A stretch of 53,236 bases of DNA. Source: Parasitella parasitica NRRL 2501 (Eukaryota > Fungi > Mucoromycota). The position numbers were made by a program, and so were the translations under genes. The notes below the pieces were generated by a model. It worked only from the letters and a program-made list of their open reading frames with translations. It did not search any database and was not told the DNA's origin. Positions 23,980 to 35,681 of this stretch are shown here, in pieces. Position 1 is the stretch's first letter. Every line of letters begins with the position of its first letter. The DNA lies in the NCBI GenBank assembly GCA_025201805.1, contig MU619315.1, forward strand, positions 93,580 to 146,815, read 5' to 3'.

Positions 23980-25681
23980 TTATTGTTTGATTTACAGAGG
24001 TTATTCTTTACTGTTTAAGCTAAAGCGTCTATATATACGTTTTTTAAACTTGATGTGTGTGACAAAATCATAGCTAAGCACTCATACCATTTGCTAAGCA
24101 GATCGACAAATTTGTCTAGTTTAAGTCTCGATATCGCCAGTTTATATGTACAGTGACGCAGATCTACAAACAAAATGGCTGAATCAAACATAATTTCTGT
24201 TGACTTTGATAATTTTATAATTGCAATGTGGGTGTCTTGGTCGAGATCCTGGTTCAACATTTTTATTTGGCGCATATGATCATTTACAATACAAAACAAA
24301 AAGTAACACGATCATATGGACGATGTTGTATTTTAACCGCTGCATCAAAGAAAAAAGTCATTTTTTGTTTTGATTTGGAATGCTAATCGACTAACACATC
24401 TCGCTATCTGGGTCAGTGCTTTATTTCTCTTACATTCGAAAAAGAACTACGCTTCATATTGAAATGACATGGTTAAGTACAAAGCTTAAAATGAACGGCT
24501 TCTTTACACAGATATATTTGTATTGTTGGCATAATATCGATTCATCAATTTTTTGGTAAACATATTCTGTTATAACGTTTTATTTCACCACGGATCATAA
24601 ATTTATATTCCCCTCATTCCGCAGCAATTTCTGATTACAAAGAGGATCAACCAACAATGAAAGACCTTTGGAGAAAGGTGGTTTATCATGGCAAGAAAAA
24701 AATTGGTATCTACGGTATGTTGAAGAGCAAAAGTTCGATTTTATTCATTGCTACTATTTCAATCAGAAAGAAATTACTTTTGCAGTTAAGTCTTGATATA
24801 TGCTTCACCCAGTGGGAATATATATCATTTAGCCCTGATTATAAAGATATCAAACAAGTATAAAACGTGGCTTTAGTTGATTTTTTTGCGACTGTAGAGG
24901 CGCTTTGTATTTTATCAATAAAATTAAATGTTTTTTGTAGTCAATTGTTGAAGTATTGGCATTACGGTGTAGTAATACAGTATCTATCAAAATGGACCAG
25001 TGTATTAGTAGTTAACTCTAATCTTATTTTCGATTCACATTTGTGTCAAGACAATTAAACATCAAATTATTAAATTGGATTTTTACACATCAACCTAGCA
25101 TAGAAAACAAAAATTCGCAGATTTACCTGAGATCAGAAAGAATAGTAGCAGTTACTAAATTCTACTGATGTATTTTATAGAAATCTTTACCTTAACATCT
25201 GTAATAAAATAAGTATGTTATCACCAAAGCTAGCTTGTCTACTATTGCAAGAAGTCAATGTACCACAATCATCATCACATCACCCTTAAAATAGCTCCTT
25301 TCTCTACGCTTACAACATAGCAAAAAGGCACGGTTGTAAAAAATATATTTTTCAAGTTGTGATGATATTGCTCCGTGGAAGAGGGTTTAATTGTATGTAT
25401 GTTCGAACCCTACTATACCACCTTTTTACAATGCAATAATGAATGAATATGAACCAACAAAGCAGTTCTTTGTAAACTATTTGTGTGTAATATAACTAGA
25501 AAGAATCCCCAAGAACATATTACATACAATATAACAACGTATGTATGTATTACAAGTTTTTAAGAATAGGAGAAAGTATTGACGATATGAGCCAATCATT
25601 TCAAGATGGATTAATGCAAATGTATATAAAGAACTGCATAATTTACAGTAAACTGGGCAGTACTCGAAGCCATTTATTATA

Positions 25682-26734
25682 ATGGAATTTTCAAGCAATC
25701 AAATTACATGTTCTGAATACAAAGTTGTTTTTGAATGGAAGAGTGGCCGTCGTTTAGCGGCACAAGATGATGTTGCATATATCTTGCCAAGTGATCAGAA
25801 GGAGGTTATCAGATTGAAACTAAATCATAAGCTTTGGAAGTAAGTTGGTTATGGAGTTTATTCGACATCATGTTGATTAACAAAATAATGGCCCTCAGAG
25901 GCATTCTTGGGGGGTAAGATACAAGCTACCGCGAAAAATGCCGTATACATTTGTTGATCAATCCACAAATAGATTATTCAAATCTCCCCTTCATGAAAAA
26001 TTAACTGAAGGCATAAGAGTTCTTGATGTCGGGTGTGGCCCTGGTTGGTGGACTTTAGACATGGCTCGATTATACCCTAATTCCGAATTTGTTGGCATTG
26101 ATATGGCTGATGTGTTTATTATTGAGGACATCCCTTCCAATGTCAAATTTCAGATCCTCAATGCTGGAACTGGACTTGACTACTTTCGAGATGAATCATT
26201 TGATTTTGTGTTTCAACGCTTTTTGGTGATGGCATTACCAACAGAGCAGTATATACGTTCAGTGGAAGAAATGAAACGACTTCTCAAACCAGGAGGAGCT
26301 ATTGAAATCCTTGAATTAGTGAACGAATACACAAATGCTGGACCTGCTTTCAAAAAGATTAATAATTGGAGTAAGTCTTTGATTACCTGCCATTTTGTAT
26401 ACAAATTTAACTACTGGCTCTAGTCAATGAGGCTCTGGCTGCTCGTAATATGGATTCATATGTTGCTGATAAAATTTCTACCTATCTTGCTAACACTGGT
26501 TACCAGGATATTAAGGATATCGGTTATCATGTACCTATTGGGGCCTGGGGTGGAGATCCTGGAGAATTGTTTTTAGATATTCAGCGATTAGCTCTACCCG
26601 CTGTCAAAGTAATGATTACTGAATTAGTGTCTGTTAGTCCTCAAGAATATGATGACAATATGGAAGAGGCCTTTAAAGAAGTAAATCAATATACGATTTC
26701 TACTCGATTTAGACTTGTATATGCCAGAAAATAA
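25682..26734 (+). CDS. Class I SAM-dependent methyltransferase, LaeA-like; 4 exons including a 15-nt microexon
   Basis: Exon 1 has GRR..YILPSDQKEVIRLKLNHKLW, followed by VLDVGCGPGWW, GIDM, FDFVFQR, LLKPGGAIEILE and VPIGAWGG. Microexon at 25899-25913. Confidence 0.9.
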
Positions 26735-26976
26735 ATTAACTTGCATCAATCGCTTGGCTTTTGATGGATTTGCAATTTGCAGTATTTTGATTTAATAGCA
26801 TCTCATTAAATAGTCTATTAAATGTTCTCCATGTCTGTAGCTGCAGGGCAAGAGGGTGCCCAATTGAATCCACCATTATCAGCGTCGTGACCATTGCCAG
26901 CAGTTTTCACCAAAATATTGAAAATATTCAAGCACCCCCGACGCTCTGACAAGGGGGTTTCTTTTACCTAAACACC

Positions 26977-27348
26977 ATGTTGTTTCAACAATTATTGTCT
27001 ACGACATCTGCTCGATTCAGTTCTTCTTTTAATACTGTGGTTGCACGCCCATCTATGCTTGGTCAAAGCAGCATTTTGTCCGCTAGGTAAGTGACAAATT
27101 TTCACAATGTCAAATGTCAAATGTCAGAAGCTTAATATACCTACAGTTTGGGTGCCTTCCGCACGCCAGCCATCTTTAACACCTTGGGAGCAACACAGAT
27201 GCGTTTTGTTACATACGGAAACACTTACCAGCCCTCTCAGCTTGTTCGCAAAAGAAGACACGGATTTTTAGCTCGCTTAGCTACAAAAAATGGCCGTCGT
27301 GTCATTATCCGACGCCGTATAAAGGGAAGAAAGTTCTTGTCCCATTAG
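26977..27348 (+). CDS. MRPL34: Mitochondrial ribosomal protein bL34m; 2 exons (intron 27087-27146)
   Basis: C-terminal [43 protein letters not shown]. Exon 1 is a Ser/Arg-rich, acid-free presequence. Confidence 0.95.
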
Positions 27349-27389
27349 ATTATATTTACATATATCACACACACTTGTACATTAAAGTT

Positions 27390-28616
27390 TTATATGGAAG
27401 CAACACTTTTATTCAATGCATTGGTCACCAGTGTCAAAAATTGGTTTGATGGAGTGTCAGATTTCAGCGTATTTTGGATCTCTCGACGGAATATTCGACC
27501 TTGTCTCCCCTTGTAAAGAGCCATGAGAGGCCGAACCATCAATGTCAACGGTGGAAATCCGTAATTGTCCTTATCTATCCGTGTTGAATACAGCCTGTCA
27601 GCATAATCTACAAAGACTATAAGTTCATTGATGCCACATCCTTAATGCATAGTCTATGTACCCAAGTAGTCTGATGTAATTTGCTCAATTGTCTTTATGT
27701 TTTGCAGGTTGTAGATGTATTTATCAATTTCTTGAAGAAATGTAGGGTCGTCCATCACTAGTTTATCACAATGAATTTGACGAAAAATAAGCAATTCGTC
27801 CACACATACCCTTTCTTCCAATCATGCATCCGTCAACTTTTTCTAGCATTAATTTTATGTGTTCAACGGTGGTGAATCCGCCATTGATGGTCATTTTTAA
27901 ATCAGGAAATGCTGCGCTCAGATCAAACACTCGATTGTAATTGAGTGGGGGTATGCTTCGATTCTGCTTTGGCGATAACCCCTTCAAAATGCATTTTCTA
28001 GCATGGACAACTAAATGCGGTGGTGGTTTTGTAGTTCTTTGCAAAAGCGTTTCTACGTAGTTGTGTAAGAATGGAAAATCGTCCTGGTGGTCGATGCCTA
28101 TCCTGCATTTTACTGTAACTGGCATAGTGATATGCCGCTTTTCCATCTCTGTTAGCATGTCAGCGACTAACTGTGGATATTTCATTAGCACTGCTCCAAA
28201 TCTACCATGCTGCACATTGGGGCTAGGACACCCATTATTAATGTTAACTTGTGCGTAACCTTGATCTTGTAATATTCTTGCTGCCGTTGCCATAGAATCC
28301 ACATCTGAACCGCCTAATTGCACTGTAACATTAGGCCTTGGTTTTCCAACAAATCGATGTAAATGGCTGGCGTGATTGATGATTGCATTGCTATGGTGCA
28401 TCTCAGTATAGTATTCAAACCGATCTTGACCACTGATAATATATAATAGCTCGAGAAATTGCTATGTTACATTGACATTAGATGTAAGCTATGGCAATTA
28501 GACAGGGATCTACATACAGGGGTAGTTATATCAACCATAGGAGCAACACTGATAGGTCGCTCCAGTCTTGTTGTATGTAAGTTTCGACATGCTATGCGGA
28601 ATGTCTTGCCAAACAT
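27390..28616 (-). CDS. dusA: tRNA-dihydrouridine synthase, DusA type, with probable mitochondrial presequence; multi-exon
   Basis: Motifs SVAPMVD, YTEM, VQLGGSD, NINNGCPS..VQHGRFGAVLM, VTVKCRIGID, HARK...GLSPKQNRSIPPLNY, INGG and DGCMIGR. Start MFGKTFRIACRNLHTTR. Confidence 0.92.
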
Positions 28617-29091
28617 CTTACTTGAAAGACAAGGGGTAGAAAGAGACGAACCATAGCAGTCAAATATTCCATTAGAGCTGAGTCAAAATGGAGGTTGTTA
28701 GCAGGTCAGTATTTACCTGACAGATCACGAATAGAGGGTTAGAAGTGAAAGCTACAGTAGGTATAATTGTGTACATATCGAAAGTACCACTAGAGTTTAC
28801 TAGAATAGACTAGCAAGCAACAACGGATGGTGTGTAATGTGAAAATTTACTGATGTGGCTGCTCAAGAAGATAGTGACAGAAATGTCTTTCTTAGGTACC
28901 TATATCCATACAACCAGATTGCCGACAAGTGTGTTTACAATGTTTGCTGATTAGATATTTTTTAAAGATATTGACCAAAACGTGTTCAATGTAGCAGATA
29001 GTCAAATATTGTCAAAATGTGCTACAATTTATTAAGACGAATTTTAAAAGTGTTAAATGGTTGTCCATGAAATCAACACTCAAGCTATTGC

Positions 29092-30276
29092 CTAATTTTT
29101 CTTGGAGGCAATGATGTTTAACCCAAGATGGTTTAATTTAGATTCTTGCAAGGCTTTTTGTTCTTGCTTCATTACTTCACGAAGAACTGCTTGGCAAATC
29201 TCGTCCGTTTTCAAGCTAATACACAGAGGATTGTTAGTTTGATTTAGGAACAAGATAGTACAACCTACCCAAGCATCACAAAGAAATGATAAAAGAAGGG
29301 GACATTATTCATTTGGACATTTTCTTCACCAAATTGGGCATTAATGGCAGTGCAAATGGAATTAGAATTGGCAATCTTGTCAGGATCTTCCCTGTCCAGC
29401 TTTTTCTGCTCAATGCTAGATAATTGATGATTATGATTACGATGGTGATGCTGGTGGTGGCCGTGAACATGTTGATGGTGATTCTCCTGTTCAGATCCCT
29501 GGCTATGAGAATGAGGATTAAACCATCTTTGAGATACAGGGAGATTCGAGTCAAGAATTTTTTCAAAAATTGGTTTTTGGGTGGGGCCGGCTCTTTCGAG
29601 TCTTTCTTCTATGGATATAAAGTGGCCAGAACTACGTACGAGATCAAGACGATCCAAAAACCAGGAAATATCACTATCATTGATTGATGCAAATTGGATT
29701 TCTTCTGCAATCAAGATACCAGAATCAGAGAGCAAATCATAAGCATTTTTCAAGGCCTGCATATCAGCTTAATTTTCAAGATTATAACATATACTCAGAA
29801 TGAGATACGCACCTGATCGACAGGATTACAGTGATGAAGTGATTTGCTGAACAGAATAACATCGAACTTTTGCTCAGGCTTAAAAGTAAAGATGTCCTCC
29901 TTCATAAAATGAACATCTAAGCCGGTAGATTTCCTCAAAGCCTGCTCAATGTCATCAGAGGGATCAATAGCAGTAATGTCAATCTTATCATGAAGGGCAT
30001 CTTTCATTATCAGCGAAAAATCTCCAGGTCTGTAAAAATAATTACAAAAAAGAGCCTTTTCATGATTATACAGTGAGAGACCTACCCACAACCTACTTCT
30101 AGGAGTTTAACGATTTTCTCTGGGGATTTCGAATAAAACTTTTCATGCAAAAGGTCCTATGTCAATAGTTTTTTTTTTCAGCAGCTGCAATTTTAAATCA
30201 GAAAAAATCTTCAAACCTTCAAGTATTTTGTAAAGGGTTCATTCAAGATGAATTTGATTTTTTCAACGTTGGTCAT
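29092..30276 (-). CDS. Class I SAM-dependent methyltransferase with a His-rich insert; multi-exon
   Basis: Spliced motif I LLEVGCG|PGD, then AIDPS, FDVILFSKSLHH and LLSDSGILIAEE. Start MTNVEKIKF; stop TAG at 29092-29094. Confidence 0.85.
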
Positions 30277-31179
30277 TTCTTGAGTTTTCAGAAAAGAAGA
30301 TGATAGAGAACCCCTACGATGTTATTTATGCTTTATTTAATTGCCCAATCTGCATTACTCAGCAAGGGTGCGCCACGAGAACTTGCATTATTGGCTGAAT
30401 ACCATTACCAAGATGAAGAGGCCTTTTGCTTTATATTTTTGAAGAAAACAAGCACGGAATAGATAGCGAACATGGCCATCAACGTATTCGATGTACATTT
30501 TACAGCAAAAATGAGTTATTATTGACCATTTACTATGATTTCTTGGCTGCTGTGAATCAATATTTTCGGCGATCTGTCCTTTTGAAATTTTTCCACAAAG
30601 CCAGGAAGTCAAATGGTATGCTCTAGACTGAGAATAAATAACTAGACGTTGATTGGCTATATTTTACACCTCTTTAGCTTCAAAAATTTCTTAGCAAGAT
30701 GAAAGTGAATCTGCAGAAAAGTATCTAAAGATGTTAGAGATACATTAAGTAAAGACCAAATTAAAAAACTCTACTTTATGCTTCTACTTTGAGTTTCCAG
30801 CCATACATAAGGCGACTAATATTTGCGACGTTCCGGCCTTCGATACATTACAAAACATGTGACTAACTTATTATTTCAAGCCCTTCTCAAGAGGCGAGAG
30901 TAAACTGTCATTTGCAGCTTCTAAAAAAAGTTCAAATGAAAGATAAAGGTCATGGTGGTTGTGGTAATATATATTAGGGTTTCTAGTAACAAACCTTTAT
31001 ATCTGACAAAAGCGAAGAAGTTTCTGAGAGAAGAGAAATATCCCTAAAAAGATTCAAGTAGAGAAAAAAGTAATTGCTTTAATTTGTTTCATTCGTAATG
31101 AAAACATCAAGAAAATGTGTTGTGAAATAAGCTATATACATCATATTTTTAAGTTCAAGGTAGTCTTTGAAAAAGTTTA

Positions 31180-31400
31180 CGCTTGCCTATTGACAAACAT
31201 CTGTGATTCTGGGTGTAAGTATTTATTGACTTCGGATCAAAAACCTTTAATTGCATCCAGGAACGAAGAGCAAGGTTGAAGATAAAGACATTCATTTCCT
31301 TGGGATTTCATTAATCTCTATAAAGATATTTTTTTTTATGAGTGGGTGTATTATCCTGGTGGCAGACTGTTACCTTTTCTCTGGTAATTTCTTATACTTT
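31180..31400 (-). mobile_element. Tc1/mariner (IS630-like) DDE transposase remnant
   Basis: Frameshifted motifs QDNTPTHK (DNAPxH-like) and QGNECLYLQPCSSFLDAIKGF*SEV (decayed GYxxLYLPPYSPFLNPIExFWSxV). Confidence 0.7.
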
Positions 31401-33579
31401 TAGTTGATCTGGCGTCTTCTAGTGTAGAAGGTCTTGTCAGGCAAGTACCAAGCTGGGTTTTCTATATCCAGTTCCACAATATAACAGCTAGTCAAGCCTA
31501 TGTCTTCTTTTCCATAACACTGGAATGGTTCAAAAGTTTGTGTCTTTGTAAAGCCAGCGTAGATTTTAGGCGCTTGTTTTGTTTTGGCCTACGCGAACTT
31601 TAGTGTGCTATTGTCAAAAAAAAAGACAAAAACTGTAAGAAAACAATGCTTAGCGATTTCAGACACAAAAACAAGTAATTCAAAGTAATCTATTGGACTA
31701 TAAGACACCTTTTGATTACATATTTGCATAGCTTAGAGCAAGTTTTTGTACTTTTCAAGTTGACAACAGATGAAGGTAACGACTTTTCTGACTTTTTTTC
31801 GGAAAAGTTTTTTTCAAAATCGGAGCGTGAGATCGTCAGGCCAGGTACAAACATGCAAGTACTACCATTAGAAAGCCAAAAAGCACACCATTTAAATAAA
31901 GTAGTTTGAAATTGTTTTCTCTTGAATTGGGTAATTTGTGGCTTCTCAAAGCTAATGCTTTCTTCAAAATAACACCATTTTTCATTGATAGCGGAGATTA
32001 AACGCGTCCAAAATCAGAAAGAAAACATTCTTTCAAAAACTCCATTTGGATATTTCGAACACTAAATTACTTCTTTGAGGCAAGATATCATTCTTTGATA
32101 CTATGCATACCACGGCTGTCAGTCTATGATAATAGCTGTATTTTTGGGCGCTCTACACGATGATATAATTTCATAATCCCCATATGCTTATGAAAGAAAT
32201 TATGCTGAGAAAACCTCAAAACATATCAAGAGGGAAAAGTCAATATTTTGCTTAATCAGAGCGCATTTTTAGTCTTTCAGATCAAGGAATGGTCTTTTAC
32301 GATCATTTTCCTCCAATATATGCTATAGTAAAAAGTCGCATTTTTGAGGTCTAAATCGAGGATAATGCATAATCGATGATTTTGGATGTGTGGATACAAG
32401 GAAAAAATCGAAAAAATCCGTCATTTTGCATCGAAAAAAAAATTATGCTCAAATTGCACCAAAATCATATATAATATAGTTGTTTACCAATGGATACTAT
32501 TTTTCGTGTTTTCAGGGCACTTTTGATTATAAAAATTAATCAAAAAAATGGCACACGAAGCTAACGTTTTTGCTTTTAAGCTGTAAAAATATCTTTCTGG
32601 AGATGAATATCACGTCAATATCAATTTTACAGCTCTATAAAGTAGGTATTTTTGATGCCACAAGTATACCTTTCTTCATAGTAAAATGATAAAGCAGGCA
32701 TGGCTCAATGAGTTGGAAGTAGAAGAGAATAATTAATGAATGCAACGTTTTGCTGTAATAGTCTCTTGTTATTTGTGAATAATTCATGAGTTGCTAATTG
32801 CTAGTGACAGAGGATGCTTAATGTTAGTTCAAGAGTTCCTTTTTTTGTGGTTCTAATGCTAAACATGTAAAATAAAAAGTAAAATAGAGGTTAGGTTTGA
32901 AGTTGAGGGTAATCTTACTATCAAAAGTTAAGCTTCATAATAAGTTTCTGGTAGATTTCAGGTTTCAGGCACTGTACTGTAAAGTATCTAACTATACCAA
33001 ACACATTTTTGTAGACCAATCCGTTCGTTATAACGAGTCTTAACTGTATATTCTTTCCTAAATATTGGATATGCTGACTTTACTCAACAGATGTAACATA
33101 AAATGATAATGCGAAGTAATATTTGTTTAAATATTTGAGTTTATTAGATGTCTATATCTAACAGATATATTTGAAATAACTTATCAATTATGAAATTCAA
33201 ACAATTTTGTGTGGTGGCCCGTTAGGCGATTTTTCAGTTTCAGATATGAAGTACACGTCGTTAGTGTCGATGAGGAACTTTCATTGCATTAAAAAATGTG
33301 ATGATAAAAAACCCGAATAGCCATTCATTCAAAAATAAATTTTGCTCTTGCACAATGGTTGTTTGATTAAAAATAAAATAATCAGGGCATCGCAATTTCT
33401 AAAATAGAAATCCAAAAAATGTTGTTGTCCCTACTTGAAATATTCTTAGGGAGATATTTCTATTCCCTCAGAAACTTCTTAGCTTTTATCAAAAACCCTC
33501 ATATATATTATCACAAGCATCGTAACATTTATTATTTCCTTGAACTTTTTTTTCAGAAACCATAAAACTACTTAAGTCT

Positions 33580-34800
33580 GTAAATCATGAAAGAACATTG
33601 ATCATTTGTTCAATTCCATCTTCATTTACTTGGGCCTTGGTCACAGGATACGATGTAAGGTCATACAACAAGGGCTACACGTCTTTGATCTGACAGTGCC
33701 TTAACCTTTATACTGGTGCTCAGATCTGTGTTACTTACAGGAATAACCATCTTGATTTGAAACAGAGACTTGATTCTCCAGTTTACACAAGCGTATCACA
33801 TACATCATTGGACAATCTTCAATCTTCAATTAAAGTATATTGCCATGATCTCCTGTCTATAATCATAGCAGATCACAAATCCCATAATCTGCATAAAGGA
33901 TGCATATAATCAGTTTGCGTAGACTTGAGGTTTTTCAGCAGTGAGTTTAAGTGAAGTTTTGACACCAAAACCAGTTTGACCTTGTCGAGGTAGTATTTTC
34001 GAGAGGCACAATCTTTGGCGAATTCGGTCATTGAGTAATCCAAAGGTACTGATAAATAAGTGACACGAAGGTCCATTTTTGAAGTAACGTTTGTTTTCCT
34101 CAAAGAGCCAGGAACGTTATCTCCCCTATAAAGTATATATACTTGATAATCATGATTGGAATGGAACTTTTGTTTCAGTCCATAGAAGAAGGATACGAAA
34201 ATAAAATTCATTTTGCCTGATTCTACAGTAATTAGTTTTTAGATACGATTTACCATTTCAAGTTGATGTTGCTGTATCCAAAGATTTCTTCGAATACATG
34301 CGACCAGAACTTCAGCTTGAAATCTTCTTCAGAATAGGTCTTTATGCTGGCATTGGAAACACGTTCGCCTTGAATACGAGTTGATTTTTAGACATAAATA
34401 ATGAACCCAAATAGCCATTAGTTATTTATTTAATTTTAGTTACTAAAAAAAATACTTACATATATTGATAAACTTCTTTATGAGAACGTTCGTCGTTATT
34501 AGCAACATTTGACTTTTCGATTTCAGTGAGTTTATGCTTCAAAGAAAGAGACTTGTCGATTATGTTGGATAGTTTCTTAGAAACTACATTCTCAACGTTG
34601 AATTTTTTCTTGTTCAGTTTCTCGAGTTCCAATATGATGTCTTGAGGCAAGTTGTCAAAATGAGAATTTTTACTCTTACCAGAAAAATCGTAGATGTTGT
34701 TTTTAGTGATCCTGGACATTTTCCTATTCTCGTCGTTGTACCTTTCTGTACGCTTTTCCCACCCTCTTCTGCCGAGGAAATGTGGAGGAACTTGACAACG
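33580..34800 (-). pseudogene. Pseudogene of a PD-(D/E)XK restriction-endonuclease-like (Crinkler C-terminal-like) family, disrupted by an LTR
   Basis: Spliced fragments YSEEDFKLKFWSHVFEEIFG..LKW|GDNVP..KMDLRV..EFAK..KYYLDKVKL..KLHLN..MQIMG. Across the LTR it continues YPVTKAQVNEDGIEQMINVL. Frameshift and stops present. Confidence 0.6.
33643..33877 (-). mobile_element. Truncated LTR (copy 1 of a family seen three times in the window)
   Basis: About 235 bp closely matching 51715-51947, for example caagggctacacgtct..cagatctgtgttacttacaggaataacc..ggacaatcttcaatcttcaat. Ends in ...gatcaCA. Confidence 0.85.
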
Positions 34801-34921
34801 ATTTCATCGCATAGTTTTAACAACTACTTATTACCACTTGAAGTAATTAAATTTCTTTAAAAGGTTTGTTTCCTTTAGCTTTTTAGTTATCAAAAATATT
34901 GTTAATACATAAAACCTACTT

Positions 34922-35224
34922 TCATATAAAAAAAGAAAAAAAAATAGTGATGTGTCTTACACGAATGGCGAGTGTAGCGTTCTCCAAATTTTTCTCCGGT
35001 TCCCATGTGTCTTCTGAAGGATTTTCATATCCTTTCCACTTCACCTTATAATGCAGCTTGTTCCTATGAATCCTATTATCTAGTACTTTATCAACTTCAT
35101 ATTCATCATTGCTATTCACAATCATTGGAGGTGGCGGCTCTACTATTCTGTTATCGATGTCTTTTAAACCTTTGACCGTTCTAGGAGTCAATTTGGAAAT
35201 GTGAAAGGTATGGTGGATTTTCAT
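34922..35224 (-). mobile_element. Isolated C-terminus of a chromovirus (Ty3/gypsy) integrase: GPY/F tail plus chromodomain
   Basis: KIHHTFHISKL..PPPPMIV...EYEVDKVLDNR....LHYKVKWKGY....DTWEPEKNLENA. Confidence 0.85.
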
Positions 35225-35681
35225 TGTATTATCGCCTACGTTATAAAAAAGAGTTGGAGAAATCGTGATTACAACGCAATAATATTGAATCTTACCTCGT
35301 TCTGATTTTTTATTCTACTTCTTCGAACGTTAATATATAGCTCTTGCCCTTCATCAGCAAGATGTTCGAGAGACCTTCAATTTCTTTTAGACATGATTTA
35401 ATTCGGGAGAAAAGTAGTGATTCTGAAAATTGTGTGTCTCGATAACATGGTCACTTCAAATATTTAAAAGAGCCTCAACAAGATGCGCTTATACTCCACT
35501 GTAGCATAATAAACATAACAACAGCACATGAAATGTATTTTATTTATACGGCTAAATTAAATAATTCATAAATTAAAAAATAACTATACAAATAAACAAA
35601 TTTGATCCATATTATATATACACAAATACTTTTAAACCATCTTTCATTCATATATCTCTCTAATCTAAAAAGAAAAAGAAA

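Noticed and set aside
25370-25420. GTTCGAACCC...ACCA resembling a tRNA T-arm
   Set aside because: No acceptor, D or anticodon stems can be folded.
32200-32700. AT-rich tract with the texture of a DNA-transposon subterminal region
   Set aside because: No TIR pair, TSD or second copy visible in the window.
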